This document shows positions 18,501-28,200 of a stretch of 64,000 nucleotides of DNA, in pieces. The stretch is from IMG/VR virus record IMGVR_UViG_3300047160_026157. One strand, given 5' to 3'. The DNA comes from an uncultured virus (IMG/VR IMGVR_UViG_3300047160_026157). Taxonomy: Duplodnaviria; Heunggongvirae; Uroviricota; Caudoviricetes. How positions within the stretch are numbered: the stretch's first letter is position 1; each line of letters opens with the position of its first letter. The notes beneath the pieces were generated by a model. That model did no database searches. It was not told the origin of the DNA and saw nothing but the letters and a program-made list of their open reading frames with translations. Both the position numbers and the translations under genes were made by a program.

Positions 18501-19518
18501 CGGCCGGCGCTACCTGCCGACGGACCTCGGCAAGCGCATCGGTCTGGCCCAGCACGGCCGCGAGCGGCTGGCCACCCGTTACGCCAGGCTGGCCGGCGGT
18601 GCCCTTGGGAGAGGGGATCCTGCGTCGGCCAGGATCTACGCCCGTCAGGCGGTTGACGAGCACGCCCGCGAGGTGCTTCGCTACGCTGCCCATGACGTTT
18701 CCGGCGAGCCGCGGGACGAGACGGGGAAGTGGACCACGGGCGGTGGCGGTGGCAAGGCGACCAGGGAAAAGGGCGGGGCGAAGGAAGCTCCGGCCCGGCC
18801 GCCCGAGAAGCCGCCGGCCCGGATCAAGTCGCAGGTGAGGGTGGCCGGTGCCTCCATGAAGGAGGCCCAGCAGATGATTGGCCGCCTGTTCCCGGGCAGC
18901 GATGACCCCGACCAGGCGCTGGCCGACGCCATCGGGGCCCCTGACGGCTCCCAGGTTGTGATTGGCGAGATAGGGCGCTACCGCCCTCTGTATGCGGATG
19001 ACCGTCTCCTCGATGCCGAGGGAATGCGCGTGAGCATTCACCATGCGAAGCTGGGCCTGAACAACTACTTCGTGGGCATTCGTCCAAACGGCAAGCGTCT
19101 GATCCGCAACGAGCTGATCCAGATTCGCGAGGGCTCGAAGGGCCAGGGCCTGGGGACCGAGATGTTCGCCCGCCAGGTCGAGACTGCCGTCGCCAGTGGT
19201 TTCGACGAGATCAACCTGCATGCCGCGGGCGGCCCTGGCGAGGGCATGAACGGTTACTACACCTGGCCGCGCTTCGGCTTCGACCAGGAGATCGAACCGC
19301 TACAGTGGACGAACGCCGCGCTGTACAGGCGAGTGCGGTATCGCTTCACCGGGGTAGAGCGGGTTAGCGATATCATGCGGACGCCGGCCGGCCGCGACTG
19401 GTGGAGGATGAACGGCGGCGAGCTGCACGACGCCCGGTTCGACCTTCGCCAGGGTTCCTACTCGCGGAAGGTCCTGGACGCCTACCTGGCCGAGCGCAAG
19501 GCCAAAAAGGGGGCCTAG
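12574..19518 (+). CDS. Giant polyvalent protein: duplicated hydrophobic module, Acb1-like 2H phosphoesterase, Cys cluster, ParB-like, RelA/SpoT-like and GNAT domains
   Basis: HITAL/HITLAY 2H motifs; DPIKV...LVADGNST; LKG.ERAREK, DLVRAT, SGYRD, EVQINT; GQGLGT...NGYYTWPRFGF; ATG 12574 follows a promoter motif. Confidence 0.85.
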   Translation: MPGLCQTADALLAAILADPSEGLSAGSLSLLDAVCAGPLQYASWHHYEGPRGGVGWENEHGDVVYGGDAPPGERGGKRAEEEFRGGAPAAAGPGGVRVALARVGEMGMKAFEGVNHVQSQLDKVAVEFGEVKPLIAELPEKYRPMVAGVWWATKLATKAALATYLLTERAAERVALSRGASKAVAKAIRAFATAIDVVGLRVVPIILQAHGVSPLASLAGSLVPVGSAAYLAYAVAPLAVQLAGRALRAVKAYASDVKAAFGFAEPPGMTMGAEETGLQLQHARKAKGEDAALDAALDAVLHRFAEGVEKHGEWFAALAFAALSVSETVDDALDMAAEIVQEEGPQGQYLRGHPLQFAWNPYHGPRGGEGWQNEQGDIVYGSTPPGERGGGKADEARGFKSGLRKIARLGGKAFAGLGYAEHQVQQVAGGFSKFVAPQVEKLPPKLRATVKGMWWLTKLGLKTWFSTYIAGERASEAVARRLGLSDKAALAVRGLATGMDVFGAKAVPLSLELAGFGFWPAMGASMIPVGSAAYLAYATAPGAVRLARRALREVRDAARDMKEVGKAVFEESPLGYARLAGQEEDGRAGALEEVLERFARGAQKYGQWYEALAFAALSVTKSAGLALDLAERLVKEGGRKRYARRPGEPHDYGTAMLMLPEPLSRKLLELVAQIDPEDLAEEPDGEHHITALHGLHDDDPLPLHHAVHGMGPVRIKLGPLSTFPPSGHTGGKEVLKVEVQGDDVHKLRDALAGVTAHTDHFPEGFRPHITLAYLHPGRGGHYTGSHPLEGTEVVLDHLTLSDRLGETVDIPLREEEIPDDEEEDEESGKHARDRQGGEVPAELDVAKAADLVTFPEAVEGASCGNCMYGPGSAGGPCKHPRLDGTHVNDRMCCSLWDKPGTLRAWGEMPGAGAEPLQHAREGFLLQYQWEQDKPMGTSKTGLALHKWVWKGAGEKKRPRIQHREPGTGRAPREAGWEGPPRPQKPKAPTLQEVATSLASLNRKDVTQDHVKAVTTALLSKTKAQMHQLRENLRLDVRGLKSATKDKLAQRLIDHVRGFHALAPTGKGAPSAAQEGLQQRGGVGEHQGDDQVRPPAEAGRGGQPQEGGQVQQAQGQKVDPWERAKALPAPEKLPEDPGQYFNRPSGTIDVPLSQLRATRARPEGIANAGRYMEAARQGILGKRDPIKVVKQPDGSYLVADGNSTFANAEKSGWKSMPVQEVSPEWMEEERQRTVAKEDQKARQKLASARLFTPEEQALPQERPSLARSEEDAYAHAERAMPGFQEILDRGKGLSARLGGHVVTDFQKALGEMESTPGPFVIIAPLKGKERAREKVGAWFGNDWGRMNDLVRATVAVDGPDDVAKAVEGLKAEMGAHGWTVNQKPTNRFENPLPSGYRDMSVTVRSPEGMTAEVQINTKAMIRAKEGPGHKLYERARAIEGKAAVEKRKMTDEETAEFERLQGEMAGHYNGAWHKGLGVEGAKPAAGAQAGAGAAEGAGGGVLPPGPGAAAPAPGAGGAPGGHAGGRDVGTLERPQAAVGGGPAGERAGVRGGGQGVAPAGPPPAAGPAGPAGPAGGAGGRPAPVGSPQEEAGLRDYLEKEFKKLGPGTGGWFEGTYRSWATKKAKEYREKQAAAARAAPKPAPAPAPAPARPAPAAAAGGERMAPAAPRGPAVPPAPAAEGTYGVRPPEVTPPPRAPAAPRQARAPLADRLARIQEREKQGRAPFADMLIAKLKEDRLAPEGTKPSDVIGDLKRLARGDAPKYLPQHLRQDPAALDKALKALGPDFGQLSAKELYDIAPRMTYPEQAGQGVAGREVIQQRYLPANIGETVAARERPAATTRPGAVPVPARPERPPQPEPQRQTQLPLADRLAMMQEREKEGKAPFADMLITRLKDDKLVPKDMQPAEVIAELKRWAGGKQTTTQGLATRANKEKLARALQALGPDFGRLSTSELFKILPHMSYPEQAGQGVAGREVIGRRYLPTDLGKRIGLAQHGRERLATRYARLAGGALGRGDPASARIYARQAVDEHAREVLRYAAHDVSGEPRDETGKWTTGGGGGKATREKGGAKEAPARPPEKPPARIKSQVRVAGASMKEAQQMIGRLFPGSDDPDQALADAIGAPDGSQVVIGEIGRYRPLYADDRLLDAEGMRVSIHHAKLGLNNYFVGIRPNGKRLIRNELIQIREGSKGQGLGTEMFARQVETAVASGFDEINLHAAGGPGEGMNGYYTWPRFGFDQEIEPLQWTNAALYRRVRYRFTGVERVSDIMRTPAGRDWWRMNGGELHDARFDLRQGSYSRKVLDAYLAERKAKKGA
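15782..15925 (+). CDS. Nested +1-frame 47 aa basic protein [47 protein letters not shown]
   Basis: Purine-rich RBS; 45 of 47 codons end in G/C; resembles small proteins seen near phage head genes. Confidence 0.75.
   Translation: [47 protein letters not shown]
17009..17323 (+). CDS. Nested +1-frame 104 aa protein; candidate antitoxin of the RelA/SpoT domain
   Basis: Globular-looking EYYLLD...DGTWAHW...VSEQEFAEAVKEW, while the host frame is G/A/P low-complexity; start codon inferred. Confidence 0.7.
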   Translation: MPNQQPERKPEPEQPKGQGAEYYLLDQGQPLRRRERGALLEAMRADGTWAHWSDPKRLWGEAQPVSEQEFAEAVKEWLRQGRRQQQGQQGQPAPPAAPGAGPPR

Positions 19519-20211
19519 ATGCCGGGCTACGAGATCGACCTGAACGACGACGAGGAGCGGGCCCTCGACGCGGCCTGGGAGAAGCTGGACGCCCGGGAGG
19601 GCGGCCCCGCGGTCGAGCGCTACGCCGCCCATGACGTCTCCGACGAGCCGCGCGACGACAGCGGTAAGTGGACGAAGGGCGGGGGCGGCGGAGCGAAAGG
19701 AGCTGTGGAGTCGCCGGGGAACCAGACGTTCTACCACGTCACGAAGAAGGGGGTAGGCGATGCGATTCGCAAGGGGGGGTTCAGGGCCGGGACTTCCGCA
19801 GGGCTGGAGATGGGGCCGGGCGTCTACCTGGCGGCCACGCCCAGATACCCGACGCGCTTGCGGAAGGCCGGGGAGGAGTACGATACGGAAGTGGTTCAGA
19901 CGAAGATCGATCCCTCGGTGAAGTTCTTCCCGCTGGACCCCGAGGCGCCGAACCCCGTCAGCCATATTTACCGTAACCTGTTCGGCGACGACTGGGCGAA
20001 GAAGTATGACGCCGACAGCAAGGCGGGCCGGCTCTTTAGTGGTATGTATCCAAACTGGGCGCACTTGCACGAGCTGCTGAAGGCGGAAGGCTATGGTGGC
20101 ATCAGTCGGCCGGCGAGCGCGGACGCCCCTGGTAATACCGACATGGTGGTCTTCGACCCGAAAAACGTGCGCGTTCAGCCGGTCGCCTACAGAGGGAGGG
20201 AGCAACCATGA
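19519..20211 (+). CDS. ADP-ribosyltransferase-like (polyvalent-protein ART) with acidic N-terminal peptide
   Basis: FYHVT...GF...GPGVYLA...GYGGI...VVFDPKNV. Confidence 0.7.
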   Translation: MPGYEIDLNDDEERALDAAWEKLDAREGGPAVERYAAHDVSDEPRDDSGKWTKGGGGGAKGAVESPGNQTFYHVTKKGVGDAIRKGGFRAGTSAGLEMGPGVYLAATPRYPTRLRKAGEEYDTEVVQTKIDPSVKFFPLDPEAPNPVSHIYRNLFGDDWAKKYDADSKAGRLFSGMYPNWAHLHELLKAEGYGGISRPASADAPGNTDMVVFDPKNVRVQPVAYRGREQP

Positions 20212-22052
20212 ACCTTGCCCAGCAGTACGCCCGCCTGGCGGACCGGGCCGCCCGCAGGGGCGACCCTGCCAGTGCCCGGATCTACGCCTGCCAGGCCGCG
20301 GGGGCCCGCCGCTACGCCAGTCCCGACCCTGTCCGCAGCTACTCGATCTGGCGGCGGAACCTTCTGTGGGCGCTCGAAGGGCAGACCGTGGCGATGCCCT
20401 CGGACGCCCAGACCCGCCGCTGGTTCGACAACGGAATGAGCGTGGCCGACGCCCGCGACAAGTTCCTGAGGGACCAGCTCCGGGGGGCCACGCGCTTCCG
20501 GCGGGCCCAGGGCACCGCGATCCCCGCCCAGACCTACGCCCGCCTGGCGGCCCGGGCCGCCCGCCAGGGCGACCCCGCCAGTGCCCGGATCTATATGCGG
20601 CAGGCCCGGGAGGCCGGCTGGACCCTGTACTTTCGGCTGGCCTGGGGCGCCCGGGCCCGCGGCGACCGTGCCAGTGCCAGGATCTACCTGCGGCAGGCCC
20701 GGGGGGAGGCCCTGCGTTACGAGGGCTGGGACGAGTCCAAGCACCCCCGTGGCCAGCCGGGGAACAAGGGGCAGTTCGCCTCGTCGCCCGGTGGCGGCGG
20801 GGGTGGCGGCGAGGCGCCTGCCGCGGGCAAGGGCCAGCCGCCGGCGGGCGAGGGCAAGGCCGCGGCCCAGGCCCCGGCCGGGCGGGACGAGGCCGGCCTG
20901 CGCTCCTACCTGGAGAGCGAGTTCGAGAAGCTGGGCCCGGGCACGGCCGGCTGGTTCGAGGGGACCTACAAGTCCTGGGCCAAGAAGAAGATCAAGGAGT
21001 ACGAGGAGCACGGCGGGGCCGCCGGCCTGTCGGACGCCTTCACGAAGGAGCCGACCACCCCGCCGCCCCCGGGCAAGGTCTACGACCCGGACGTCGAGGC
21101 CGACGCCGACGGCGACGGGATTACCGACGCGGCCCGGGTGGGTGTGCCCGCCATGCAGGTGCCGCCGCCGCCGCCCATCGGCCGGCTGCCCAACCTGACC
21201 GAGCAGGAGCGTCGCGTCGAGAGCGACTTCCGGGACGGCTTCATGCGGGATCCCGTTGGCGTGGCCGCCAGGTTTGCCGCCTACGCCCGCGGGCTGAAGC
21301 CGGGCGAGCCGCCCACGTTCGGCACGGATGACGCGAAGGTGCTGTGCGATTCCTGGGGAGGGCTCAAAGCTGACGAGGACAAGGTGGCGCGTTCCTACAA
21401 CCGGGCCGTCCTGAACTGTGCCGTTCATCAGACCGCCAACGCCATCGCCAAGGCCGCCTTCCTCCAGGAGCTGGACACCATGAAGCCCGGCGACCAGATC
21501 ATGGTCACGGTCGGTGGCTGCGGTGCTGGCAAGGGCTTTGGGCTCAAGAAGGTCGATAAGGCCAAGGCGTTGAAGATGGCCTCCAAGGCCGTCTGGGACT
21601 CGGCGGGCGACCAGAACGCTACCGAGAACCCGTGGGTGCAGCAGGAGGCCGAGAAGCGCGGGCTCAAGGTAGCCTACGCCTACGTGAGCGTGGACCCCTA
21701 CCGGCAGTGGGGCGATCCGGAGAAGGGGGTAGTCAAGCGGGCCAACGATACCGAAGATGGCCGTATGGTGGCCATCGACGTGTTCGCTGACAGCTACGCG
21801 ATTGGCGCTCGGAACTTCGCGAAGTTCTACGAGCAGAACAAGGGCAACCCGAACGCCAGCTTCATCTTCCTGGACAACAACAAGTTCCCCGTAGAGATTC
21901 CCGGCATCCCCGAGTCGGACCTGAAGATCGACCGGCACAAGCTGGCGGCCCACGCGACGAAGTTCATCGAGGACCACCCGGAGATTCCCGAACACATCAA
22001 ACGCGGTGCCCGGATCAGCGAGCGCATCTGGGCTGGGAGGGAGCATCAATGA
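20208..22052 (+). CDS. Polyvalent protein with C-terminal zeta-toxin-like P-loop kinase
   Basis: GGCGAGKG P-loop; VWDS; VVKRA...GRMV. Confidence 0.75.
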   Translation: MNLAQQYARLADRAARRGDPASARIYACQAAGARRYASPDPVRSYSIWRRNLLWALEGQTVAMPSDAQTRRWFDNGMSVADARDKFLRDQLRGATRFRRAQGTAIPAQTYARLAARAARQGDPASARIYMRQAREAGWTLYFRLAWGARARGDRASARIYLRQARGEALRYEGWDESKHPRGQPGNKGQFASSPGGGGGGGEAPAAGKGQPPAGEGKAAAQAPAGRDEAGLRSYLESEFEKLGPGTAGWFEGTYKSWAKKKIKEYEEHGGAAGLSDAFTKEPTTPPPPGKVYDPDVEADADGDGITDAARVGVPAMQVPPPPPIGRLPNLTEQERRVESDFRDGFMRDPVGVAARFAAYARGLKPGEPPTFGTDDAKVLCDSWGGLKADEDKVARSYNRAVLNCAVHQTANAIAKAAFLQELDTMKPGDQIMVTVGGCGAGKGFGLKKVDKAKALKMASKAVWDSAGDQNATENPWVQQEAEKRGLKVAYAYVSVDPYRQWGDPEKGVVKRANDTEDGRMVAIDVFADSYAIGARNFAKFYEQNKGNPNASFIFLDNNKFPVEIPGIPESDLKIDRHKLAAHATKFIEDHPEIPEHIKRGARISERIWAGREHQ

Positions 22053-22264
22053 CACCCGAACAGAAGCGTGAGTGGGAAGAGTGGATGCGGGAGGACGCGG
22101 AGCGGCTGAACCGGCTGTGTGAGATTGCCGCCAGGGACGGCGGGCAGATTAAGTGCAACGCCGGGCCGCCGCCCAAGCTGAACAAGGATGGCTCCCTGGC
22201 CGGGCCGGAAGAGGCCCCCGAGGAGGGCGAGGGCCTGCCGGAGGGCGAGGGCGAGGAGAAGTGA
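22049..22264 (+). CDS. Small acidic protein; candidate antitoxin of the zeta-like domain
   Basis: ATGA-coupled to the kinase gene; GGGAG RBS. Confidence 0.65.
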   Translation: MTPEQKREWEEWMREDAERLNRLCEIAARDGGQIKCNAGPPPKLNKDGSLAGPEEAPEEGEGLPEGEGEEK

Positions 22265-22299
22265 CTACTCGGAAAAGCAAGTCAACCTGGGGGTGACCC

Positions 22300-25200
22300 G
22301 TGCCTTCCGCCATGCCTCCGGCCAACGGCCAGGCGCCGGCCCCTGCGCCCGCTCCCCAGGCCCCGCCCCCCGCGGCCCCGCCGCCGCCCGAGCCGGGCCT
22401 GCGCGCCGCCGAGGGTAACGCCAACATCTACTCCTCGAAGCTGAACGCCATCATGCGCCTGCTGATGGGCGCCGAGACGGACGAGGAGTTCGCGGCGGCC
22501 CGGCAGATGGCCGCCCAGATCGTGCAGATGTCCGACGACGACGCCCGGGCCCTCCTGGGGGGCCAGGAGCCAGGGGGCGGCAGCTTCCTGCGGCACCTGC
22601 GCGAGGACTACCCGCTCCAGTACGCGATGAAGACGAAGTGCCAGACCTCGGGCGCCCAGTTTCACATCCACACCGGGCCGCGAGAGGTAGACTGCCGGGT
22701 GACGATGCCCTTCGACCTGGGACTCGACGAGAAGGAGGCGTCCCTTCTGGAGGCGAATCTCCACAACGCGCTGGAGCTGGTCCTGGCGCGTTACTTCGTC
22801 GGGGGCGACGAGGACGATGCGGACCGTCACTTCCGCGCGGACTACCCGCTCCAGTACGAGGCGCCGCGGGTGCTCGGCGGCTACGGCGGCATCGGCGGTC
22901 AGGGGGGCGGGACGTGGATTCTCGCCGAGTCGCTGGCACGCTTCTACGCCGGCCTTTTCACCGACATGGAGGCCGCTGGGCGGCCGCCCAAGGAGGACGA
23001 GGTTTCCGACGCCCTGGACGAGATCGGGCCCCACGGCTGGACCCTGGAGCACGAGGGGCATACGTGGGAGGCTGTCCGCCTGGACGAGGAAGAGGAAGCC
23101 CTCCCCCACAAGCGGGTCAAGGCCGGCACGCCCGGGGCCATCGAGCTGACCGACAAGCGCGGCCACAAGTACCACGTGGACAAGGAGACGGCCCGCAAGC
23201 TGGGCGTCGTCCCCCGCCGGCCGGCCGCCACCGCGGCGGGCGTCATGACCCGGCTGGCGCCTCACGCCGTGCCCATCGGCGGCCCTTCCCACGCCCAGAC
23301 CGTCCGGGCCTGGCAGGCCCTCTTGAAGCACCACGGCCCCGAGGCGGTCGGCCGCCTCGACGAGCTGGCCGGCGGGGCCGAGGAAGCGCTGGCGAAGACA
23401 ACCGACCCTGCCCTGAAGACCCGCCTGGCCCAGAAGCTGGGTGCGCTGCACGCGATGGCCCGGCTGGCGGCGGAGCCGGCCGGCGAGGAGACGGTCGAGC
23501 TGGCCGCCAACGCTCCCCTGGACGTCGAGACGGGCGCCCTGAGCATTGACTACGGCGACCTGTCCCGCTTCGGCGGCGCCTTGAAGACGCAGTCGGCGAA
23601 GCGTGACCTGGCCGCGTTCCTCCAGAAGGCGACCACGCTCTCCGACGAGGATCTGGACAAGCTGATGAAGGCCCAGGACACGCGCAGCCGGCTGGGCTTC
23701 ATGCAGCTGAAGGGCTTGCAGCATATCGCGCAGGTGCGGGCCGAGGCCCGGCCGGCTGCCACCGTCCCCGAGGCGCCGCCGGCCGCCACGGCGGCCCCGG
23801 TGCCTGGTGCTACCCCCGTTGCCAGGGCCTTCACCGGCCTGCGCGACGTGGCCGCCGAGCTGCAAGCCATCCGCGAGGACATGACATCGGCCAGCCCCGA
23901 CCCGGACCTGCAACAGCGGGTGGACGCCGCGGGTGCCTGGCTGGCCGCCAACGCCAAGCCTGGCGGTCTGGGGGACAAGCTGCTCCAGGAGGCACACCAG
24001 CTCAACGACCGGCTGGCCGGCGGCAGCGGCAAGCCGGGGATGCGTATTCAGATGCCGGAGCCGCCCGCGGAGGAGGAGATCCCCGTCGAGGCGCAGCCGC
24101 CGGTGACGAAGGGGGACGCGGTCACGGTTCACCTCCCGCATGACTACGGGACCACCCGGCGGGGGACCGTTGAGAGCGTGGCGGGCGGGCTGGTTCACGT
24201 TCGTGATCAGTATGGCACGCTCCAGTCCGTCACCCCGGGCTTCGTAGAAGGCGGCTTCACGGGCACGACCCGCGACAGCCTCGGCCGGGAGTACCACTGG
24301 ATCGACGGCAAGCGGACGAAGAAGGGGCTCTTTACCGACTTTCGGAAGGTGCAGCTGGACCCCCTGGCCGCCTACCTGTACCAGCACATGGGCAACGAGC
24401 CCCTGGACACCGCGAAGCTGATGGAGAAGGCGAACATCGGCGGCGTCGGCGGCTGGAACAGCATGCGCTCGGTGGACGAGAACCTGGAGCGGCTGGAAGG
24501 CCGCGGGCTGATCCTGAAGAGCGACGACGGCTACCGGCTCAACCCGGAGAAGTCGGTGGACTTCGAGGGCAAGCTGGTGCCCTTCCCCTGGTCGCCGAGT
24601 GTCGAGGCCGCCGACCCGGACAGGGCGACCAAACCGGAGGCGGTGGGCGTGGCGGAGCCGGCCCGGAAGCCCGGCCCGGCGGCCCTGGCCGGCGACCTCC
24701 CGACCGCCTTCCTAGGCATGACGAACCCCGTGGCCACGGCCCGCCTCTACGGGCTGCCCGACGACTTCTGGGACGACGGCCGCAAGGTGGAACAGAGTAC
24801 CCGCGGGTTTGGCACGGCCGGCCTGGTCGGCTCGGTGGTGGTCAACGACAAGTACGATCCCGACGACGCCGTCGGCAAGGCCCTGGCCGAGCGGCAGAAC
24901 CTCGTCCGCCAGGGCCAGTACAAGTTCATGCACCGGCAGCGGGCCGACGCCGCGGTGAAGCAGGCCCTGGCCGCCGCGGCCGCCCGGGCTGCCGGGGCGA
25001 AACAGCCCGCCGCCGTGAAGCCCGTGCGGGGGATGCAGGTCCTGGCCGCGATGGCCGCCCGGGAAGCCGCGGCGGCGAAGGCCCAGTCTGAGGCGGCTGC
25101 TCTGGGGGAGGAAGAGGAGTCCGGGTTCGAGCCCACCACCGAGCAGACCTACGCTTACTCCCTAAAGCCGTGGAACCTGGACAAAGAGACCTTCGACGCC

Positions 25201-28200
25201 GTCGGCGCCAGCAAATCCCTCCTGGTGAACATCAAGCGTTCGCCCGAGAAGAGGGCTCAGTTCTCGGAGGAGGCCCGGCGGCTCCGCTTTGGCGAGTGGG
25301 TGGCGGTCCGCGACTGGCGGACCGGCAAGGAGTCCTACGGCCACCCCGTCGGCATCTACCTGGCCGGCAGCAGCACCGGCGGGACGGGACCGGAGGAGGA
25401 CGTGCAGATCAGCTACGGCGGCTGGGGGCCCCGGACGCCCAGCGTCACCTCCCCCAAGGCGATCCGCCCGCTGAGCTACGACGAGGTGCTCGACGCGGCT
25501 CGCGCTGCCGGTCAGGTAATCCCTGAGGAGGCCGGGGTGCCTGCCGAGGCCCGCCCGGCCGAGCCCGGCTTCACGGGCACCACGGTGGACTCTCTGGGCC
25601 GGGAGTACCACTGGGTCAACGGCAAGCGTACAAAGAAGGCCGAGGAGCCGGCGGCGGCCCCGCCGGCCACAGCACCCGAGGAGGAAGAGCATGAACTGGA
25701 AAGAGAGGGCCCAGCAGGCCCGGGGAGAGGGCTACCGGCCGGGGAACGGCTGGGAGCGCCAGCTGGAGCAGCACCTCCGGAAGTTCTTCCCCCAGCTGGT
25801 CCGAGAGCTGGGGGCGAACCTGAAGCCGTTCCTGGAGGCGCAGACCTGGGACGTCATGGTCTACGAGCAGGACCTGGTGGAGCAGAACACCCCGCCGTTC
25901 TCGGCCCGGGAGCTGGCGCTGGCGAGGCTCTTGCCGCCCCCGCCGGAGGACCTGGAGAGGCCACAGACGTGGGAGGTACAGTCGGGCCTGGAATCCCAGG
26001 CGGAGGCGGCGGCGGAAGTGCTGCCGTTGCTCGGGAAGCCTCGCTCCAAGAGCCCGCCACGGCCCTGAACCCGACCGATGTGGCCGCCGGCAACTTCCGC
26101 TACGTGGAGGGCGGCGACGCCAGCCCGCCGGGCTCGAAGTCCAAGTTCTGGGCCAATATCGCCGCCCTGCGCGTCCTGGAGGCTTTGAAGCTCGAAGGCC
26201 GCGACACGGCCACGCCGGCCGAGCAGCTGACGCTCTCCAAGTTCTCCGGCTGGGGCCAGTTCAAGCGGGCCTTCGACTACAACGTCCCCGGCGGCAGCTA
26301 CGAGGAGTACCAGAAGTGGGAGAAGGAGCGCCAGACGCTCAAGGGGCTTCTGGGCGAGCGTGAGTACGAGCTGGCCCGGAAGTCCGCCCTCAACGCCCAC
26401 TACACCGACCCCTCGGTGGTCAAGGCCCAGTGGGACATGGCCCGCAAGCTGGGCTTCACCGGCGGCAAGTTCCTGGAGACGTCGGCCGGCATCGGCTACT
26501 ACCTGGGGATGATGCCGCCCGATCTCATGGCCCAGACGCAGGCCACGGCGGTCGAGATGGACCCCGGCCCGGGGAAGATGCTCCAGCTGCTCTACCCGAA
26601 GGTGACCACCAAGGTGCAGGGCTTCCAGGACTTCCAGGCCCCGGACAACTTCTACGAGCTGGTGGCTTCCAACGTCCCCTTCGCGCACGAGATCGGTTTC
26701 TACGACCCGGAGTACGCCAAGTACCAGCCGGCCCTCCATGACTACTTCTTCCTGAAGTCCATCGACAAGGTCCGGCCGGGCGGCCTGGTCATGCACATCA
26801 CCTCGACGGGCACGCTGAACAAGCCCGACAGCCCGGCCCGCCAGCGGATGGTTGAGCAGTCGGAGCTGGTCGCCGCCATCCGCTTCCCCGGCGGCCAGCA
26901 CAAGGAGTCGGCCGGCACCGAGGTGGTGACCGACATGCTGATCCTCCGGAAGAAGCATCCCGGCGAGGAGCCGGTCGATCCCGACAAGACGCCGCCGGAA
27001 GCCATGCCGCCCGCCGCCCAGGATGCCGTGGAGCGGCTCCGCAAGATGGAGGAGCTGGGGCGGGCAATGGGCCGGTCGCCGGAGGACATGAGGGTCGGGC
27101 TGGACTCGATCCGCGACGACATCGAGAAGGCCACCGCCGGCTTCACCGGCATGACGACCGACAGCCTCGGCCGGGTCTACCACTGGGTGAACGGCAAGCG
27201 TGTCCCGGGCCCGCGCTGGGACGACGTTCTGACCGTGCCTGACCCGGCCGGCGGTAAGCCCATCCCGACCAACCGCTACTTCGTCGAGCACCCCGAGCAG
27301 GTCCTCGGCACCATCGACCGCTCCGGGCACCTGCACCAGCCCAACGAGCCGGGCGTGACCGCCGCCCCCGACTACGAGGAGCGGCTGCAAGCGATCATCG
27401 ACCGGCTGCCGGAGGGCCTCCTGAAGCGTACTGGCGTCCCGGCCGGCCCGGCCGGTTCCGAGGCCCTGCCGGCCCCCGGCGAGGTCAAGGAGGGCGGCTA
27501 CACGATTGTGGACGGCAAGCTCTACCAGCGGGAGCGTGGGGCCCTCATCCCGCAGGAGGTGAGCGAGAAGGAGCTGGCGCTTATCCAGGAGCACCTGGAG
27601 ATCCGCGACGTCGTCCGCGACAGCCTCAACCGCCAGCTGGCCGGCGAGAGTGCCGACGAGGCTCGCGAGAAGCTGAACGCGGCCTACGACGCCTTCGTGG
27701 CCGAGCACGGCCCGCTCCACAACCGGGCCAACTTCCGGACCTTCCAGGACGACCCCGACGCCCCGGTGCTTTTGGCCCTGGAAGACGAGTACGACCCGAA
27801 GAAGAAGACGGCCACCAAGGCGGACATCTTCAGGAAGGACACGGTCCGCCACGTCGAGACGCCCGAGTCGGCCGGCACCATCGCCGAGGCGGTCGGCATC
27901 TCGCTGCACACCACCGGCCACCTGGACGTCAAGGAGATGGCCAGGCTGCTGAAGAAGACCCCCGAGGAGACGGGCGAGCTTCTGGCCGCCTCGGGGCTGG
28001 CCTATAACGACCCGGAGCTGGGCTGGAAGCCGGCGGCCGAGTACCTCTCGGGCAACGTCCGCCGCAAGCTGACGCTGGCCCGGGCCGCTGCCGAGACCGA
28101 CCCGAAGTTCCAGGCCAACGTCACCGCCCTGGAGGCCCACCAGCCGAAAGACCTTGACTCCTCGAGGATCAGCGCCAAGCTGGGCGCCGTCTGGGTGCCG

